A DNA stretch of 53,576 nt from Bacilli bacterium (GTDB lineage Bacteria; Bacillota_I; Bacilli_A; RFN20; UBA1709): positions 1-53,576 of the forward strand of contig JAZRXY010000028.1 in NCBI GenBank assembly GCA_045600465.1. Direction: 5' to 3'. The position numbers and the translations under genes are program-made. Positions 48,777 to 53,576 of this stretch are shown here, in pieces. The notes beneath the pieces are model-generated. The model ran no database searches. It saw nothing but the letters and a program-made list of their open reading frames with translations, and had not been told where the DNA came from. Positions within the stretch are counted from its first letter, which is position 1. Every line of letters starts with the position of its first letter.

Positions 48777-49448
48777 ATGGAATTAACAAAGAAATTTAAA
48801 ATTGATGAGCAAACATATACTGAATTTTGCTTAAAAACAGCAGGAAGTAGAAACTATTTAACAATTGCGCTTACCGCAGTTGCAATCATTGTTATTTCAA
48901 TCGTGATGAAATTCAGTGATAAAGGAACACTTGCTTCATTTGGTGTTGGTTGTATTTATGCTGCAATCTATGCAATCATCGTTATTATATTTTCAAATAT
49001 TACTACAAGATCCGCTGCAAAAAGAGCATTTACAAAAAACAATTTAAAAGCTTATGAAGTTATCTATACATTTAATGAAAATGGTATCGTTCAGGCAGTT
49101 GAAAATGGAGAACCCTATACTGTTGAATGGGCAAAAGTTAAAAAGATAGTAGAAACAAAATTAGCTTTCCATTTTTATATTAGTTCATCACAAGCAATTG
49201 TCGCAGGCAAAGCTGGTTTACTAGCAAAAGACATTGTAACAATTAGAGAAATTGCTAAGGCAGCAGTTGCAGGTTCAAAAACAAGAGTTAAGTTATTAGA
49301 AGGAGAACCTGAACTTATTGCAGATGTTGTTAACGAAACTAAGCCAATCGAAGATGTTGTAAATAAACAAGCAGAAACAAAACCTGTTAAGAAAGAAACT
49401 AAAACATCTAGTGCTAAAAAGACAACAAAGAAAACTAAAGAAAAATAG
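48777..49448 (+). CDS. YcxB-like membrane protein with Lys/Thr-rich tail
   Basis: Two TM segments, YTFNENG..W..VKKIVET. Confidence 0.65.
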   Translation: MELTKKFKIDEQTYTEFCLKTAGSRNYLTIALTAVAIIVISIVMKFSDKGTLASFGVGCIYAAIYAIIVIIFSNITTRSAAKRAFTKNNLKAYEVIYTFNENGIVQAVENGEPYTVEWAKVKKIVETKLAFHFYISSSQAIVAGKAGLLAKDIVTIREIAKAAVAGSKTRVKLLEGEPELIADVVNETKPIEDVVNKQAETKPVKKETKTSSAKKTTKKTKEK

Positions 49449-49474
49449 GAAAGTTATAAGCTTTCCTTTTTTTT
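49447..49474 (+). terminator. Intrinsic terminator
   Basis: AGGAAAGTT-ata-AGCTTTCCT followed by T-tract. Confidence 0.65.
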
Positions 49475-49531
49475 CCAATAAAAAAGATATATTCGGCATT
49501 AAATAAATTGAGGGTAAGGGAGGGTAAAAAG

Positions 49532-50077
49532 ATGAACAGACCATTATTAGAAAGTCTTAGTGAAAGATTAAGAAATGGTGATGATTCAGCAATAACACCG
49601 ATTTATCAAATGACAAATCGTGTTATCTTTTCGATTGCTCTTTCTATCTTAAAAGATGAGTTTGCTGCTCAGGATGTAATGCAAGACACTTACATTAAAA
49701 TGAGGGCAAGTATTGATTCATATAAAGCGGGAACAAATTTTCTAGCATGGCTTGGTCAAATAGCCAGGAACTATGCTTTAATGGAATATCGAAGAAGGAA
49801 AAAAGAAATCGCAGTAGATCAAGGTGAGAATGAGAGTTTATTTGGTAGCGTTAGCATGGAGTTTAAAGAAGAAAATCCAGTGCTAGCAGCAGCCCTTAAT
49901 TCTCTTGATGAACTAGAACGAGAAATTGTATTGCTACATGTAACAGGTGATTTAAAACATCGTGAGATAGCAGAACAATTAGATAAGCCACTTGGGACAG
50001 TCCTTTGGATATATAACAAGGCGATAAAGAAATTAAAAGCATATTTATTAGAAAATGGAGGTGAAACATATGAGTAA
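49532..50077 (+). CDS. ECF sigma factor
   Basis: AQDVMQDTY, AWLGQIARN, HREIAEQLDKPLGTV. Confidence 0.9.
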   Translation: MNRPLLESLSERLRNGDDSAITPIYQMTNRVIFSIALSILKDEFAAQDVMQDTYIKMRASIDSYKAGTNFLAWLGQIARNYALMEYRRRKKEIAVDQGENESLFGSVSMEFKEENPVLAAALNSLDELEREIVLLHVTGDLKHREIAEQLDKPLGTVLWIYNKAIKKLKAYLLENGGETYE

Positions 50078-50915
50078 GAGTTTAAAAAAGGAAATGAGAA
50101 GAGAATTCGCTAAAATCATTCCTAACGTTTTACCAGCCGTTTTATCCACTCCAGTAAATAAAGAAACTACAGTTGATGAAGATATGGTTTTCAAGAAATT
50201 TAATTTTAGAATGGCTTTTGCAACTCTTGCTATCATCTTTGCCTTTGCACTAGCAGGTGGTGGAGGAGTAGCTTATAAAAACCCTAACACTTACCTAACA
50301 ATTACTTTCTCTCCTGAAAAGGTAAAAGATATGATCTTGAATTTATCAACAAATGAAGAAGAAGTTAATTTCTTCAATGACAGTGATGTTGAATATACCC
50401 TTACTCTAGGTGTTAATCCATTTGATTATGTGGTAGAAGTAGATGCTGATAATGAAGCATTGAAAAATTCAATTGATAATTTGAATATTAAAAATACTAA
50501 TTTAGAATATGCTTTAATGCTTATTATGAATTATGCTCAAAATGCAGGGATGATTGATTTATCTAGAAAAGAAAAATCTATGCAGATGAATATTCTAACT
50601 AACTATGAATCTAGAAGCGAAAAAATTGAAGCATATTTGAATAATTATCTAGTCGATAAAAGAGCTTCTAGGGAAAGTGTAATGGTAAACCCAGGCATGC
50701 AAGTTCCATTCTTTAAATCACCTAGAGATGTGATGAATGGCTATTCTAATTCAATGGGGCCATTACAAGCAGGATTTAACCAAACTAGTTATGGAAGGGT
50801 TGCCGTTATTAATGAAATTATTTATATGGATAACAGTTATAGCGAAGCGCAACTATCAAATGCTTCCAATAGAGAACTAGCCTATATCTTAATGAAATTA
50901 AAAAAGAAAAACTAA
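50070..50915 (+). CDS. Probable membrane anti-sigma factor
   Basis: Overlaps the ECF gene; single TM; RsgI-like extracellular region (tentative); RBS GGAGG. Confidence 0.65.
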   Translation: MSKSLKKEMRREFAKIIPNVLPAVLSTPVNKETTVDEDMVFKKFNFRMAFATLAIIFAFALAGGGGVAYKNPNTYLTITFSPEKVKDMILNLSTNEEEVNFFNDSDVEYTLTLGVNPFDYVVEVDADNEALKNSIDNLNIKNTNLEYALMLIMNYAQNAGMIDLSRKEKSMQMNILTNYESRSEKIEAYLNNYLVDKRASRESVMVNPGMQVPFFKSPRDVMNGYSNSMGPLQAGFNQTSYGRVAVINEIIYMDNSYSEAQLSNASNRELAYILMKLKKKN

Positions 50916-50920
50916 CGTGA

Positions 50921-50953
50921 AAAAAGATAGAACAGATGTTTCTATCTTTTTTT
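50921..50953 (+). terminator. Intrinsic terminator
   Basis: AAAAAGATAGAA/TTCTATCTTTTT followed by T-tract. Confidence 0.7.
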
Positions 50954-50961
50954 AGATAAAA

Positions 50962-51001
50962 CAAGATAGTGCAAGATATAGTGCAAGATATAGTGCAAGA
51001 T
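50962..51001. repeat. 12-bp tandem repeat TAGTGCAAGATA x3 upstream of the fic promoter
   Basis: Units at 50967, 50979, 50991 plus partial CAAGATA at 50962; TTGATT(51004)-17-TATCCT(51027) follows. Confidence 0.85.
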
Positions 51002-51055
51002 GATTGATTGGTAGTTTTTATTATGGTATCCTTATTTTATAAGGAGATTGATAAC

Positions 51056-52036
51056 ATGGATTACAAACCACCATTTGAATTAAGTGATAAAATGTTTGAG
51101 TTAACTTCTCTAATTATGGAGCAGTTAGGTCTTTTAAAATCGATGAATGAATTAGACAAACTGCCACAATTAAGAAGGGTATCAAGAATCAAAAGTATTG
51201 AATCTTCATTGTCTATAGAAAATAATTCTCTATCATTTAATGCGGTTAGTGACGTTATTGAAGGGAAAAAAGTAATAGGTAAAAAGGATGAAATTTTGGA
51301 AGTCAAGAATGCATTTAAAGCATATAAATTAATGCCTAAACTTAATCCGTATAAACTTAGTGATTTAACTAAAGCTCATGGAGTAATGATGGATGGTTTA
51401 ATTCCTTCCCCAGGAAAATTAAGAACTAGTGGGGAGGGTGTAATTAATGAAAAAGGTGAAATAATACATTTAGCACCACCACCAGAACTTGTGAAGAAAG
51501 AATTAGAAGATTTGCTTAAATGGTTAGAAACATCGAATACTAATATATTAATAAAATCCTGCGTTTTCCATTACGAGTTTGAATTTATCCATCCATTTAG
51601 TGATGGCAACGGTAGAATTGGTAGACTATGGCAAACATTATTATTAAGTAAGTGGAAACCTATATTTGAATGGATTCCTATTGAATCTATCATAAAAAAA
51701 CATCAAGCAGAATATTATAAAGCAATAACATTATCTAATAAAAAAGTCAGCGCAACACCATTTATTGAATTTATGCTTTTATGTATTTATGAATCTATTA
51801 AAGAGATTAGTGATGATTCTAAAAAACATTATACGCATGTGTCTACTAATATTAATAAATTGATGGAGATTATAGAGTCATATCCATTAAGTAGTAAAGA
51901 ATTAATGGATAGACTGAGTTTAAAATCTAGGAACTCATTTAGAGATACTTATATAAAACCAGCTTTAGAATTGGGTTTAATTAAGATGACTTTGCCAGAT
52001 AAACCTACATCAAAGAATCAAAAGTATTATAAATAA
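51056..52036 (+). CDS. Fic-domain protein with C-terminal HTH
   Basis: SSLSIEN inhibitory-like motif, canonical HPFSDGNGRIGR, C-terminal PDKPTSKNQKY; RBS AAGGAG before ATG 51056. Confidence 0.92.
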   Translation: MDYKPPFELSDKMFELTSLIMEQLGLLKSMNELDKLPQLRRVSRIKSIESSLSIENNSLSFNAVSDVIEGKKVIGKKDEILEVKNAFKAYKLMPKLNPYKLSDLTKAHGVMMDGLIPSPGKLRTSGEGVINEKGEIIHLAPPPELVKKELEDLLKWLETSNTNILIKSCVFHYEFEFIHPFSDGNGRIGRLWQTLLLSKWKPIFEWIPIESIIKKHQAEYYKAITLSNKKVSATPFIEFMLLCIYESIKEISDDSKKHYTHVSTNINKLMEIIESYPLSSKELMDRLSLKSRNSFRDTYIKPALELGLIKMTLPDKPTSKNQKYYK

Positions 52037-52069
52037 AATACCCCCCATGGATGTGGTTATTTTTATAAT

Positions 52070-52231
52070 GGTTCTCTCAAACGAAAGTTGGTAATCGTTG
52101 GTAAACACATCAAATGAAAGTTGGTAGCTATTTTCAAAAAGCATCAAACAAAAGTTGGTGGCAATTGCTAAAACGATAAAATAAAAGTTGGATTCTTCAC
52201 TGCATAAGTGATGGCGTGTCCAACTTTTTGT
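52070..52231. repeat. AAAGTTGG-box mini-array, copy 2 (4 units + inverted unit)
   Basis: AAAGTTGG at 52084, 52117, 52151, 52184 (33/34/33 spacing); CCAACTTT at 52220. Confidence 0.92.
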
Positions 52232-52314
52232 ATGTTTGCATCTATCTTTTATAATATATTTATTATCTCATGCTTTATCATCCTCAATAATAAAAGTTTA
52301 TTAAAAGAAAAGAA

Positions 52315-52844
52315 TAAATTGCAGATACTTTAAAGAGCAATGGCTACGCCAAAGCGACTCATGACACAATCGAGAATTATTTAGAATATATTTGCGATTC
52401 ATATTTGTTCTATTCGGCCCAAAGGTTTGATGTCAAAGGGAAACAATATTTAAAAACCTCAGGAAATATTATATTTGCGATCTTGGAATAAGAAATAGCA
52501 AATTGAATTATAGACAAATAGAAATAACTCATTCGTTAGAAAATATAATATATCTAGATTTAATTCGTCGTGGATATATTGTTGATATAGGGAAAAACAA
52601 TTTAAAAGAAATCGATTTTATAGTTAGAGACAATTTTGATTCATATTAGATTTAAGTTGCATATACAATTTCAAGTTCCGAAAAGTATGAACAAGTAATA
52701 TCCTTATTCTACGGCCTCGATGATGGCTATAAAAAAATAGTTATAACAATGGATGAGGGTCCATTTACAAATTTAAAATATGGTTATAAAAGGATTAACG
52801 TATTAGATTTTTTATTAAATGATAATGCATTAAAAGAAATATAA
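52315..52844 (+). pseudogene. AAA_14-DUF4143 C-terminal half, pseudogene
   Basis: TIENYLEY..RFDVKGKQYL / frameshift near 52465 / YICDLGIRN..LENIIYLDL..EIDFI with in-frame TAG and TAA near 52647-52655. Confidence 0.85.
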
Positions 52845-52888
52845 TATTTTATAAATATGTTTAAAGCGTGCCCTAATTAGACTACAAT

Positions 52889-53524
52889 TTAGCGTTTTTT
52901 AGTTGCTGCAAGTAATGAATAATAACAACCGCAGTATTTTTGGCGATACATGTTGTGATCTTTAGCTATTTCTAAGCCCTTATCGATTCCTTGCCCCTTT
53001 TTAAAGTCACTATAAAGATATTTGGTGTTAGGGTAGATATTTGATAGTTTTTCTCCAATTTGATTCAATACGATTGAATTTTTTTGGCGAGAGATAGTCA
53101 TAACAGTAGTGAAGTAATCAAAGTTATGATCACTAGCATATTTATATGCTTCATTCATTCTTTTTTCGTAACATAATTTGCACCTAGCATGTCCTTCTTT
53201 TTCATCCTTTAAAGGTTCTAGACACTTTCGGTAATTTTCTTCATCATATGTAGTTACTATCATTTGTATATTGGTGTTATGTTTTTTATTAATAAAATCA
53301 ACATACTTTTTTAATTCTTCTAATCTTCTAGTGTATTCTTCACTAGGATAGATATTTGAATTATTAAAATAAAGGGTTAAATCAAAATATTCAACAAGAA
53401 GTTCCATTGGATAGGCATTACAAGGGCCGCAACAAGAATGCATTAAAAGAGTTGTTTTTTTACCAGACTTTTTGATTTGTTCTAGTGTTTCTAATCCTTT
53501 TCGATAGTAAGTAAAGTTATCCAT
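52889..53524 (-). CDS. queH: Epoxyqueuosine reductase QueH
   Basis: LMHSCCGPC, NSNIYP..EY.RR, RCKLCY, YRQKYCGCYYS. Confidence 0.92.
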   Translation of the reverse strand: MDNFTYYRKGLETLEQIKKSGKKTTLLMHSCCGPCNAYPMELLVEYFDLTLYFNNSNIYPSEEYTRRLEELKKYVDFINKKHNTNIQMIVTTYDEENYRKCLEPLKDEKEGHARCKLCYEKRMNEAYKYASDHNFDYFTTVMTISRQKNSIVLNQIGEKLSNIYPNTKYLYSDFKKGQGIDKGLEIAKDHNMYRQKYCGCYYSLLAATKKR

Positions 53525-53576
53525 TAGTAAATAAACATTGAGTCGCCAAAGCTAAAGAAACGATAGCGATTTTCAA
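53524..53576 (-). CDS. queA: 3' end of S-adenosylmethionine:tRNA ribosyltransferase-isomerase (partial)
   Basis: Minus strand reads ENRYRFFSFGDSMFIY*, the QueA C-terminal signature; TAATG overlap with queH. Confidence 0.85.
   Translation of the reverse strand, partial: ENRYRFFSFGDSMFIY

Noticed and set aside
52070-52231. Calling the 33-bp-period array a CRISPR
   Set aside because: Box only ~15 bp and degenerate, spacers ~18 nt, period far below CRISPR norms, no cas genes in the window
1-53576. Genetic code 4 (TGA=Trp), tRNA/rRNA genes, integrase or prophage genes
   Set aside because: Conserved Trp residues use TGG and genes are full length under code 11; no RNA-gene, integrase or phage signatures were recognised

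Overview
AT-rich (roughly 30% GC by eye), code-11 bacterial chromosomal window, probably from a reduced-genome gut/rumen Bacilli or Mollicutes-like organism (inference). It has three zones. (1) 1-16.5 kb is a defence/accessory island. It carries an intact Wadjet (jetABCD) operon, a type IV AbiE pair with a broken toxin, two AlbA_2/HATPase/HTH genes, two AAA_14-DUF4143 ATPases, a DUF5714 gene and remnants (IS3 end, ABC-ATPase tail). Its modules are bounded by repeated rlmD/rumA-3'-like 'HVETVxLLS' att-like motifs and two other junction-repeat families, as in a tandem cassette array. (2) 16.6-51 kb is largely co-oriented metabolic and housekeeping genes. It begins with three lipoprotein hydrolases (one an amidohydrolase-Ntn-hydrolase fusion) and GNAT-hydrolase and HD-kinase fusions. 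It also holds rarA, mscL, pncB, a yybP-ykoY riboswitch with its P-type ATPase, BKACE, Fe-ADH, a PPIase, RluA, a heavy-metal ATPase and an ECF sigma/anti-sigma pair. (3) 51-53.6 kb holds a Fic gene, a 33-bp-period mini repeat array (also present at 10.3 kb), a DUF4143 pseudogene, queH and the end of queA. The most unusual signals are non-coding: paralog-specific 32-37-bp direct repeats bracketing both AAA_14-DUF4143 promoters, the duplicated mini-array, and 11-12-bp repeat motifs at HTH-bearing genes. All calls are from motif recognition only; no searches were run.
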